A DNA stretch of 43,828 bases from Candidatus Hodarchaeota archaeon (lineage in GTDB: Archaea > Asgardarchaeota > Heimdallarchaeia > Hodarchaeales > Hodarchaeaceae). Made by a program: the position numbers and the translations under genes. Shown one piece after another: positions 28,157 to 37,286 of this stretch; within the stretch, counting starts at the first letter, position 1; each line of letters opens with the position of its first letter. The stretch is from positions 1 to 43,828 of the forward strand of contig JAEOTC010000194.1 of the NCBI GenBank assembly GCA_016840035.1, written 5' to 3'. The notes under the pieces are model-generated. The model did not search any database. It saw only the letters and a list, made by a program, of their open reading frames with translations, and had not been told where the DNA came from.

Positions 28157-28780
28157 CTATTTGTCTAAATACAACCTCTGTTCCCATTCATCTATGATTT
28201 CAAGAATATCCTCGAGATATTTGACTTTTCCAGATTGAATTTCACGATTGTATGAAGCAATATCATAAAGCAATCTTGAGGATTGACTCGTCTCTGAAAG
28301 CACATCACGAAATTGATCTATGAATTCAGGGATTCTTTCAGGTGATTTATCCCAGAAACGTGCTAGATTCTCACGTAAAGCCTGAATTAATATCCTAAGA
28401 TCTCCAGCGTCGGAAACGGATAAAAAAGTAAGCGTTTTATCTTGAATTCTATCCTTTATTTGTTCAATAAGACGATCTGCTGCTTCGGTTCGGTTTTTAA
28501 CAATTCCTGCATCAATCCATGATTCCACTACTACTTCGATTAGTTGAAATAAGGCTAAATCCTCATTTCCATTGATCTCTGGTAAATAATGAAATAATCC
28601 AAGTTTAGTGATGATCAATCTAAAATTCGCACTAATGTATCTCTTTTCACGCGGGGTGAATTTGATTCTTTTCAGTAAATCACGAAAATCCTTGACATTT
28701 AATCGACCCGATTGAAATTCAACAGTAAGATTAGGCCGAATTTTATCACATACTTGATCAATAATTTTTATTTCTCTCAC
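28157..28780 (-). CDS. Hypothetical all-helical protein
   Basis: 207 aa ORF with GTG start. No family recognised. Confidence 0.65.
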   Translation of the reverse strand: MREIKIIDQVCDKIRPNLTVEFQSGRLNVKDFRDLLKRIKFTPREKRYISANFRLIITKLGLFHYLPEINGNEDLALFQLIEVVVESWIDAGIVKNRTEAADRLIEQIKDRIQDKTLTFLSVSDAGDLRILIQALRENLARFWDKSPERIPEFIDQFRDVLSETSQSSRLLYDIASYNREIQSGKVKYLEDILEIIDEWEQRLYLDK

Positions 28781-29060
28781 CAGTTTTCTCAGACTTTACT
28801 CGAATTTCTATTGAGTTCTAACATAGAATTCGAAAATAGTGGTAATAAATATTTTTATTTTAATTCGGATTGAAAAAAGAGAACTTGGAGCTAAAACGAA
28901 AATTTCTGGTTGGGTTGTCTACTAATGAGACCTATATGATCGAGTTCACACAAAATGAGTTGGGATCTAGAAATTTACGAGATTATCCACTCTAATATTC
29001 AACATGAGATTCTACCTCATGTAAAAACAAACGTTCTAAGTCAAGGGCTCTTGAGAGATG

Positions 29061-29339
29061 TTATTTCTTTGCAATGGTGATTTCAATAGCACTGACATTC
29101 GATAGATTACCCTCACGAGTTTCTATCTGTTCTGTATCAATTTTAATATCTGTAACATCAACGAGATCTTTCATGAATCTCCGCCTTAAAACCTCTGCAA
29201 CGTCTACTGCTCGGCTTATAGCTCTTCCTCGGGCTTTTAAAACTATAGTTTCAGCATTCCGATTGAATTGTGTTACACAAGCCATAACATAGGCAGTTAC
29301 AGGTTTGTTTCCGATAAAAACTGTATTTTCCTCTGACAA
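29061..29339 (-). CDS. albA: DNA/RNA-binding protein Alba
   Basis: [38 protein letters not shown] start with AAGGAG ribosome-binding site. Confidence 0.97.
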   Translation of the reverse strand: MSEENTVFIGNKPVTAYVMACVTQFNRNAETIVLKARGRAISRAVDVAEVLRRRFMKDLVDVTDIKIDTEQIETREGNLSNVSAIEITIAKK

Positions 29340-29523
29340 TTTTGAATTACTCCTTGGTACTCAAAGTATATTGTTTAGTCAATGAATCACTGAGATTTTG
29401 GTATCCCATATTTCCTCTCACTAATGACTTGAAAAACTTTACGAATATGTCTTAACTCCCTAGGCTTAATATTCATGAATCATGATCACTATCTTAATAC
29501 AAACGGTCATTCAAAGGATGACA

Positions 29524-30156
29524 TTAAAGGGGGTCGTCTTGAATACCTGTAAAGTATCCAAATAAATTCGCTGCAATGTGAGTTAGGAAAGTAATTGGTA
29601 CCAAAAATGCTAACCAGAGTGGAGGCCATGGAATAATAGGATAGATGAATACCATTCCCAACATCAGAAAACCAAGTTGATCAAGAAAGATAAAGGTCTT
29701 CCCGCGAGGAATACCACTGCGACGCTTAATAAATGAGCCAACCATATCCCCAGTCATTCCTCCTAACGTGGAAATACCCCCAGTTACTCCCCCCAACACT
29801 AATGAACTGGATAACATGTCGGACAGATTTATAACAGATAGAAGATGATAAAAAATACTTGATTCATAAAAATCTTGATATCGAAGTCTTATATCGATTG
29901 GTGGGTTCCCAAAAAGGACTCCATCGAAAGTAGCTACAATCCATGCAATTAAAATGCCGATGATAACCCCAACAAGAACTGCTAACCAGAATCCCCTGAT
30001 TGTTTTCCCATCTCCTAATATTCGCTTACCATCTTTCCAATAGCGGCCTCCATCAATTGGGGGGCCTCCTCCTAAAATAGTTGGCGCAGCATTTCCAAAA
30101 TAAAGAGGTAGTACAAATACGAGAATATCAAAGATTATCTGTCCAAGTTCTGCCAT
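29524..30156 (-). CDS. carS: CDP-archaeol synthase
   Basis: NAAP, PIDGG...DGKRILGDGKTIRG, GDMVGSFIKRR, DQL. Confidence 0.93.
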   Translation of the reverse strand: MAELGQIIFDILVFVLPLYFGNAAPTILGGGPPIDGGRYWKDGKRILGDGKTIRGFWLAVLVGVIIGILIAWIVATFDGVLFGNPPIDIRLRYQDFYESSIFYHLLSVINLSDMLSSSLVLGGVTGGISTLGGMTGDMVGSFIKRRSGIPRGKTFIFLDQLGFLMLGMVFIYPIIPWPPLWLAFLVPITFLTHIAANLFGYFTGIQDDPL

Positions 30157-30345
30157 TAAGTAACAATTCCAGCAATCATCTGACTGATGAAAAATAGTAC
30201 CATCTAGTACTACTAAGATAACGGTGAAAGGTATTAGATTTGTCTAATTTAGTTGATTAAAGAGTTACAAGCTTCTACTCTGAGCGTTGGTAACCCAAGA
30301 ATGTTAAATGTATAAACATCTTTTTCATATCGAAGAAATAAGAAC

Positions 30346-30867
30346 TTACATATATTGAATAAAAATCCTTTCATGCCCCCCAATAATTTCCCCTTCAGTC
30401 AAAAAGAAAATAATATTTTTCCCAGTATTGTTAATTGTATGGAAAGAGGTGGATTCCACTTTATAGATATTTCCGTTTGTATACCAGCATGAAATTGCGG
30501 AATGAGGGATCTCTTCTGGCTTTGCATATAAGTGAACTTCATTTGTGGAAGTATTATTCATTTGGAATGGTGTTGATAATACTTTAAAACTTAAAATTGG
30601 GAATATCGGATCATTGTTATAGAAATACAATTTAGTGGATTTAATTATCATCCTGATGAGTTTGTTATTGATGTGGAGAGTATCCTCATCAATAAATCGT
30701 TGAAGGTTTTTTTGTACAGAATCTAATTCCCCTTGGATTGCACTTGTTTTCATTAAATTGAAGTAAATTTTCGAGATATCATAATAATGGAAGTACATAG
30801 ATTGAGAGATTTGGTTGTTCCCGAGAGAGAAATATGTTTCAGCAAAGATTGGTTTCTCCCGTTTCAT
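30346..30867 (-). CDS. Hypothetical beta-rich protein
   Basis: 173 aa ATG ORF. No family recognised. Confidence 0.6.
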   Translation of the reverse strand: MKREKPIFAETYFSLGNNQISQSMYFHYYDISKIYFNLMKTSAIQGELDSVQKNLQRFIDEDTLHINNKLIRMIIKSTKLYFYNNDPIFPILSFKVLSTPFQMNNTSTNEVHLYAKPEEIPHSAISCWYTNGNIYKVESTSFHTINNTGKNIIFFLTEGEIIGGHERIFIQYM

Positions 30868-30940
30868 TTATTAGTCCCTTCGTACACTCACAAATTACTC
30901 TCACAATAAATACTTTACATATCGTAGGAATAGAATTTGT

Positions 30941-32005
30941 ATGAGCAAGTTAAGAGAAGGAAAAATTCCTTGGGATCTCTTATCTAGACTTACTGAATTA
31001 CGTGGATATCATGATAATCCTGGTATCATTCAAGAGGCGGCCCCTGGGATTGATGTAGCATCATTAAATTTGCAAGAAATTATAACGCATATTCAAGAAT
31101 TCTATAAGACATCTGAAATACCGTATTTAATATATAAGGCTGATCCTATAACTTTTCCCACCCCTGATCCAGCGAAATATTTAGTAGCTGTGAATATGAA
31201 TGACTTGGCTACTTGTGGGGCCATTCCTTATGGAATCACAATCACTCTTTTACTCCCACCAAAAACTCAGATGGATGTAGTTCTAAAATTTCAAAAAAGA
31301 TTGTCAGAGATCTGTGAGAAGGAAAAGATTTCCATCCTAGGGGGCCATAGCGAGATCACTCCGAATGTTTCCTCCCCCATCTATTCCGCAAGTATGATCG
31401 GTTTCGTTCCACCCGAATATTATATTCCACGAAATCCAAAACCTGGAGATAAGATCATTTGTTCTGGATGGGTAGCGGCTGAAGGTACTGGTATATTGAT
31501 TTCAAGTGCTAAAAAGTATTTTTCGGACAAGTTATCAGAAGAGGAGATACTTGAAGGAAGCAGGATTGGAGAAAATATTTCTATTGCAGAAAGAATTCTC
31601 TCTTTAAACCAGAGACATCATGATGCATTGAATTTAATCCATGATGCAACAGAAGGAGGAATTTTGGGAGCTTTGTATGAATGCCTGTCACCCTATAGTT
31701 TGGGGTGCGAAATTGAATCCTCTTCAATCCCTATCTCAAGTGTGACACAGAAAATCACTCAATTATTGGGAATTGACCCATTTAAGCTGATTTCATCAGG
31801 TGCAATAATCATTATTTGCGATCAGGAAAAAGTTTCACCTGTTTTGGAACATTTAACCAAAGTATCAGCAGAACCAAGTAGGATAATTGGTTCTATCACC
31901 CATGAAAATTCTCCAATGTATTTTGACGGTAATAAAATGGCTCCTCCACAAGCAGATGATATTATTAAAGGTCTAGAAAAAATAAAAACTATACTTGGTC
32001 AATAG
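30941..32005 (+). CDS. AIR synthase-related (PurM/HypE/ThiL-like) protein
   Basis: PGID, ADPIT, NMNDLATCGA, GGHSE, EGT, HDATEGG, DPFKLISSG. Confidence 0.88.
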   Translation: MSKLREGKIPWDLLSRLTELRGYHDNPGIIQEAAPGIDVASLNLQEIITHIQEFYKTSEIPYLIYKADPITFPTPDPAKYLVAVNMNDLATCGAIPYGITITLLLPPKTQMDVVLKFQKRLSEICEKEKISILGGHSEITPNVSSPIYSASMIGFVPPEYYIPRNPKPGDKIICSGWVAAEGTGILISSAKKYFSDKLSEEEILEGSRIGENISIAERILSLNQRHHDALNLIHDATEGGILGALYECLSPYSLGCEIESSSIPISSVTQKITQLLGIDPFKLISSGAIIIICDQEKVSPVLEHLTKVSAEPSRIIGSITHENSPMYFDGNKMAPPQADDIIKGLEKIKTILGQ

Positions 32006-33089
32006 ATTCTATTTTAACTCCCTCTGTCTGTTGAACTACGAAGCACTTCCCATACTGGCTTAATCTATCACGAATTTTTAATGCCCTGTCATGTGAATCA
32101 GTCAGAGCGAACATACATCCTCCAAATCCCGCTCCTGTTATTTTCGCACCCAAGGCACCAGTTTTTATTGCTTCTTCACACATTCTATCAATCTTTGGAT
32201 GTGAAATTTTGTAATTACTGCGGAGAAGCGTATGTTGTTCATTTAGTAAGGTTCCTAATTCAGATAAATCCGGATTTGGTGTTTTAAGTCCTTTGAAAGC
32301 CTGTTTGGTGTTATCTCTTACTCCCAAAATACCTTTTACTAATTTGAAACGTTCTGTTGTCAAAGATCTCTTTGTCTCACGAGTTACTTGATAAGAAATC
32401 AAATCTGGAGTATCAATAACTTTCAAAGTACTGAAAATATCCTTCTGAACATGCTTGAGGGGCACATCTGCCTTACGTGAAACCTCTGAATCTCCAATTA
32501 CGAAATATGAATCCTTAGGTAGATCCAATGGAGTGATATGTGGAATTCCAGAAGTTGTCATATGAAAAAGGCCTCCTAAAGCCGAACTTGCTTGATCCAT
32601 TCTACCGCATGAAATACCGAGAATATCATGTTCAACTAAATATGCAACATCAGCAATTTGAATTGGTGTTAGATTCTCCTGTAAAATTACATTTGCAACA
32701 AGAAATACAGTAGATACAATCAGTGCAGCTGATGATGAAAGACCCGATTTGATGGGAATCCTACTACGAATTTTAATCTCACTAGGTAAGATTTTTTCTA
32801 GTATTGATTGATGATAAAACTTGAAAACCGCTTTAATATGATCAAATGGAGTACCAGATAGCTTATCAATTTCTGCTCTATCAATTACCTCAATAAATGA
32901 AAGGGCATCACTTGAGATTCTAAGTGTTGATTTTTGGAGTTCTCTGAGAAATGAAATTGTTAATCTTCGGTCTATAGCGAGAGGGATAACTGGAAGGCCA
33001 AGATAATCTTGGTGTTCTCCAAAAAGACAAATCCGTCCTGGACTGCTAATTGAACCAATTCTCTCATCTGAATTCAAGAAATTGTTCAT
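31989..33089 (-). CDS. GHMP kinase (galactokinase-like)
   Basis: PGRICLFGEHQDY, PIKSGLSSSAA, CGRMDQ, KITGAGFGG. Confidence 0.9.
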   Translation of the reverse strand: MNNFLNSDERIGSISSPGRICLFGEHQDYLGLPVIPLAIDRRLTISFLRELQKSTLRISSDALSFIEVIDRAEIDKLSGTPFDHIKAVFKFYHQSILEKILPSEIKIRSRIPIKSGLSSSAALIVSTVFLVANVILQENLTPIQIADVAYLVEHDILGISCGRMDQASSALGGLFHMTTSGIPHITPLDLPKDSYFVIGDSEVSRKADVPLKHVQKDIFSTLKVIDTPDLISYQVTRETKRSLTTERFKLVKGILGVRDNTKQAFKGLKTPNPDLSELGTLLNEQHTLLRSNYKISHPKIDRMCEEAIKTGALGAKITGAGFGGCMFALTDSHDRALKIRDRLSQYGKCFVVQQTEGVKIESIDQV

Positions 33090-33287
33090 GATCCTATTCG
33101 ACTCTGATTAATAACGAGTAAAGCTTCATTGATTTCGTGTTTGGATTCATCTCATCTAGGTGTAGTCATTATTATGACAGAGGGAATTCTCTATTCTCGT
33201 TATAGTTTTGTTTAAGCGTCATCTTACTTTGAATTTCGGGTGTTCTAATAGTTTTTAATCTGTCTTGTTCCTAGCTCACATAAGACA

Positions 33288-33632
33288 ATGGCATTAGCAA
33301 AATCCTATCAGAACTCCCCAACTCACCTCCCAGAGGAAGAATCAGTTCAAGTAAATCTAGATTCTTTAATTTTAGCAATGTTCACAGCGTTTAATATCAG
33401 ATTAACTAGAAAAAACATTGTCATTAATATCGTTAATCTCTTCTCTGAATTGAATTTAGCTATCCCAGAGAATTTAATCCATGAAATCTTCAAATCGGTT
33501 GATACACTTGTGCAAAATAATTTCCTAATCACTAAGGAAGGAGATATTAAAATTTCGGAGCTGGGTAAGGGTTATGGTGAAACGGCCTTGCAGGATTTTC
33601 GCGAAACGGTCCCTGAATTCTTTAGAAACTGA
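33288..33632 (+). CDS. Small winged-helix-like hypothetical protein
   Basis: SVDTLVQNNFLITKEGDIKISELGK resembles a wHTH wing. Confidence 0.55.
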   Translation: MALAKSYQNSPTHLPEEESVQVNLDSLILAMFTAFNIRLTRKNIVINIVNLFSELNLAIPENLIHEIFKSVDTLVQNNFLITKEGDIKISELGKGYGETALQDFRETVPEFFRN

Positions 33633-33733
33633 TTCACTTCTTATGTGTGTTATCTAACAATTTATGTTAGTCACCAGTAAACTCATAAAATAAAACTCAG
33701 ACAATAGATTATAGACCTGATCTTTGATAAGTG

Positions 33734-34594
33734 ATGAAGATGACTCTTGAAATTAAGGTTGATGATTTAGATTTATTTACAAAAGTTCTTAATGCAACAG
33801 CTACTGTATTAGAGGATGAAGGAACTTTTGTAGTTAATCCCAAAGAAGGAATGACACTTAGAAATATGGATAAGCCAAGATTTGCGATGGTAGATTTGAA
33901 AATTAAGCCTGAATATTTTCATGGCGATTTTAAATGTGATAAAGAATATAAAATCTCCATCCAAATGCAGGATCTGAAGAAAATTTTACAGAGGGGTGGA
34001 AAAGAGGATAGTTTAGTGATAACTCTTGATGAGGGAAAAAATCTTCTGAATTTTACTTTTGAAGGTCGTGTTAAGCGACAATTTATTCTTCCATTGTCAG
34101 AACCAGAGGAAAGCACTCTCCCCGATCCCAGTGCACTCAAGTACGATATCAAGGCTGTATTATTTAGTGGTTCATTAACTGATTTTATTAAGGATGCTTC
34201 AATTATTGGCGGAAGCATAAATTTGTATGCAGAATCAAACAAAATGATTTTCAGCAGCTCTCAAGACAATCGGGAGGTTAGAATTGAAATTGATGCGCAA
34301 TCAGAAAATTCTGCGGCTAAATTAATCGAAGCAGAGGGAACTCATGAAGCGTTATATTCGATTGACTCATTTAAAAATTTAATATTAGTGGATCAAGCTT
34401 TTTCAGAGGTTCAACTAACATTTACCTCTGTAAGACCATTGCATTTACTATATACTGATGCTCGAGGCATTGATCTTGGCTACCTACTTGCTCCTATGCA
34501 ACCTGATCTTGATGATGAACTTGAAGGTGCATCCTCGGAAAATGAATACGACGACGATGAGTATGACGATGAATACGACGATGAAGAAGATTAA
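33734..34594 (+). CDS. pcn: PCNA sliding clamp with acidic C-terminal extension
   Basis: EGTF, MDKPRFAMVDL, DLKKILQR, ALYS, PLHL, YLLAP. Directly upstream of the RFC genes. Confidence 0.92.
   Translation: MKMTLEIKVDDLDLFTKVLNATATVLEDEGTFVVNPKEGMTLRNMDKPRFAMVDLKIKPEYFHGDFKCDKEYKISIQMQDLKKILQRGGKEDSLVITLDEGKNLLNFTFEGRVKRQFILPLSEPEESTLPDPSALKYDIKAVLFSGSLTDFIKDASIIGGSINLYAESNKMIFSSSQDNREVRIEIDAQSENSAAKLIEAEGTHEALYSIDSFKNLILVDQAFSEVQLTFTSVRPLHLLYTDARGIDLGYLLAPMQPDLDDELEGASSENEYDDDEYDDEYDDEED
34544..34582 (+). repeat. Three 12-bp units encoding EYDD in the PCNA tail
   Basis: GAATACGACGAC-gat-GAGTATGACGAT-GAATACGACGAT. Confidence 0.85.
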
Positions 34595-34649
34595 TTCGTT
34601 GTATACTCCCCTAATATTTCTTGACTTTCATAGACGTTTGTGATCAATA

Positions 34650-35630
34650 GTGGTTACTACAGAACGAATGTGGACGGAGTATTTTCGTCCTAAAACTCTA
34701 GATGACGTGGTTGGCCAACAAGAAATCGTTGACAGATTAAAGCAACTTGTAACCCAAGCAGATTTTCCTCATATGTTATTTTCTGGCCCCCCAGGAGTAG
34801 GAAAAACTACTTCTGCGGAAGCGGTGATAAATGAAGTTTTTTCTCTTGCTCAACGTGCTGCAAACGTGAAACGTCTGAATGCATCAGACGATCGTGGTAT
34901 AAATGTTGTCCGTGAGGATATTAAGAATTTTGCTCGTGTATTACCCTCAGGAGGAGCAAAATTTAAACTAATAATTCTAGACGAAGCTGATCAAATGACT
35001 AGTGAAGCTCAACATGCTTTACGTCGAACCATGGAAACTTATAATGAAATTACGCGTTTCATTCTTATTTGTAACTATAGTTCGAAAATTATATCCCCAA
35101 TTCAATCTAGATGCGCAATATTTCGATTTAAAGGATTACAGAAAGACGAAGTTATTTCACGCTTGAAATTCATCGCTTCAAACAAGAAATTAAAGATCGA
35201 TAAAGGAGGGTTAGAATCTCTATATAAGAGTTCAGAGGGGGATATGAGACAAGCAATCAATGCATTACAGGCTGCAGCATCCTTGACGAAGGATGTAACT
35301 GATAAAGTTGTATATCAAGTACAAGGTTACATTAAACCTGCTGAGTTAACTGACATTATCTTTAACTGTATCGGTCCAAAACCGAATTTCAGTGCTGCTC
35401 GAAAGAAAGTAGTCACTCTTATGGAATCTTATGGTCTCTCAGGGCAGGATCTGGTAAAGCAATTTAATAGTCAATTGAGTACAATAGCCGAGGAAGATCT
35501 TCCTGGTCATCTCCGATACGAGGCTTTAGCTATGCTTTCTGATGTCGATTATCGCTTAGTATCGGGGTGTAATCCTCTTGTTCAGTTTGATGCTTTTCTT
35601 GCAAAATTAATTGCACTCGCTCAAAGCTGA
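34650..35630 (+). CDS. rfcS: Replication factor C small subunit
   Basis: WTEYFRP, GPPGVGKT, LNASDDRGI, LDEAD, AQHALRRTME, QSRC, GDMR. Confidence 0.97.
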   Translation: MVTTERMWTEYFRPKTLDDVVGQQEIVDRLKQLVTQADFPHMLFSGPPGVGKTTSAEAVINEVFSLAQRAANVKRLNASDDRGINVVREDIKNFARVLPSGGAKFKLIILDEADQMTSEAQHALRRTMETYNEITRFILICNYSSKIISPIQSRCAIFRFKGLQKDEVISRLKFIASNKKLKIDKGGLESLYKSSEGDMRQAINALQAAASLTKDVTDKVVYQVQGYIKPAELTDIIFNCIGPKPNFSAARKKVVTLMESYGLSGQDLVKQFNSQLSTIAEEDLPGHLRYEALAMLSDVDYRLVSGCNPLVQFDAFLAKLIALAQS

Positions 35631-35642
35631 GGTGTTTATCTC

Positions 35643-37265
35643 TTGGTATCTTGGACGCACAAATACGCGCCCCAAAATCGATCAGAAGTTGTTGGTAATA
35701 ATACAAGTGTTAATTCAATAATTGGTTATTTAAATCGATTTAGAAATATTAAATTAAGAACCAAGAGTTCTAAAAATGCTTTACTTCTTTTTGGCCCACC
35801 AGGTATTGGAAAAACAAGTTCAGTACTAGCAATTGCAAAATCTCTTAATTTTGACGTAGTAATTGTTAACGCGAGTGATAAACGAAACAAATCATCCCTT
35901 CAAATGGTGAAAAATGCTTCCCAATTTAGTTCTTTAAAAGAAAGCCTAAATGATAAAATCATTGGTCAAATTCTACTTATAGATGAAGTTGATGGTCTGA
36001 GTGGGACGGCTGATCGGGGTGGGATTCGGGAAATCGTCGAAATTATAAAATCAACTCGAATACCAATAATTCTTACTGCTAATGATATTTCAAATCAAAA
36101 ATTCAAGACTCTAAAATCATACTGTGAACTTAGTAGATTTGACTCCCCAGAGGATAGTGAAATTCTAAAAATCCTAAAGAGAATTTCAGCGGCAGAATCT
36201 ATCACGGTTACAGATAAAGTTCTCCGATCTCTTATAGAATTTAGCAATCACGATATACGTGGCTCAATAAATTCTTTACAGACACTTTCGGGTGGAAAAA
36301 AGGAGATTACTAAGGAAGATCTCTCCGTTCTTTCTGTTAGAGATCAATCTGTTGATATCCGTGAATTCCTAAGGAGTATCTTTATTGAACGGGATGGGGA
36401 AAAAGCATACCGTCAAACACGTGTATTAGCAGATGTGGATTATAACAAATTACTTTTAATTTTAAGAGATGTAACGGCAAGAACTATTGGACAAGAAGAT
36501 TTTGAGCGATTATCGGATGTATACGCATTATTAGCGAAAGCAGATTTGGCTTTAACTCGAGCTTCACGGCAAAGAGTTTGGTCTCAACTTTATTACTATT
36601 ATTTTCATGTGACGAAAGGATTGACGGCTCTTCTTCCTGAGATTGACTATTTACCTCCGTTTCAGGACTGGCAACTACAAGTGCCCCAATTTTGGATAAC
36701 ACTCTCTAGGCAGAGAAGAGGGAAAAATATTGCGCTAAAAGTAGGAAAATCATGTTTAGTGTCCGCTCGCGTTGCTATCAGTGATATATTCCCCTACCTT
36801 AGAATTATATTTAATAAAGACGCTGAAATGGCATCTGATCTATCAATTGAATTTAAATTGTTTGATATTGAAGCTGGTAAACGGAAGACAAAGATTGTTT
36901 GGAATAAAGAAATTGATTATTTTGCGAAAGATAAGGCCATCAATAAAGAGATAAAAATGCTAATACGCAAAAAATTTCCTCTTATTGAAAAAGTACAGAC
37001 ACAAGATATAGATGAAAAGGTTTTACAAGAGGCAAAGGAACAGCAGGCCACGTTAAAAAAATCACATGAGGCTAAAGCATCCGTTCCTAAAAAATCAAAG
37101 CGCTCTACAAAATCAACGAAAAAACCAAAGCGAAAAAAGAAAATCGCGATTGAAGCCTCATCTGTCAAACCAAAGAAGTCTAAGAAGGACGAAAAATCCA
37201 GTAAATCTAAGAACAAAGGTAAAAAACCAAAAAAGGCACCAAAAACTCTTGCAGAATTTTTCTAG
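35643..37265 (+). CDS. rfcL: Replication factor C large subunit
   Basis: WTHKYAP, GPPGIGKT, NASD, IDEVDG, DIRGSIN, Lys-rich tail and terminal PIP-like KTLAEFF. Confidence 0.95.
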   Translation: MVSWTHKYAPQNRSEVVGNNTSVNSIIGYLNRFRNIKLRTKSSKNALLLFGPPGIGKTSSVLAIAKSLNFDVVIVNASDKRNKSSLQMVKNASQFSSLKESLNDKIIGQILLIDEVDGLSGTADRGGIREIVEIIKSTRIPIILTANDISNQKFKTLKSYCELSRFDSPEDSEILKILKRISAAESITVTDKVLRSLIEFSNHDIRGSINSLQTLSGGKKEITKEDLSVLSVRDQSVDIREFLRSIFIERDGEKAYRQTRVLADVDYNKLLLILRDVTARTIGQEDFERLSDVYALLAKADLALTRASRQRVWSQLYYYYFHVTKGLTALLPEIDYLPPFQDWQLQVPQFWITLSRQRRGKNIALKVGKSCLVSARVAISDIFPYLRIIFNKDAEMASDLSIEFKLFDIEAGKRKTKIVWNKEIDYFAKDKAINKEIKMLIRKKFPLIEKVQTQDIDEKVLQEAKEQQATLKKSHEAKASVPKKSKRSTKSTKKPKRKKKIAIEASSVKPKKSKKDEKSSKSKNKGKKPKKAPKTLAEFF

Positions 37266-37286
37266 TTTATCAATTCTTAAAAGGGT

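Noticed and set aside
31989-33089. Mevalonate kinase call, prompted by nearby carS
   Set aside because: The GR...GEHxDY and CGxMDQ motifs fit sugar (galactokinase-like) GHMP kinases better. Substrate left open.
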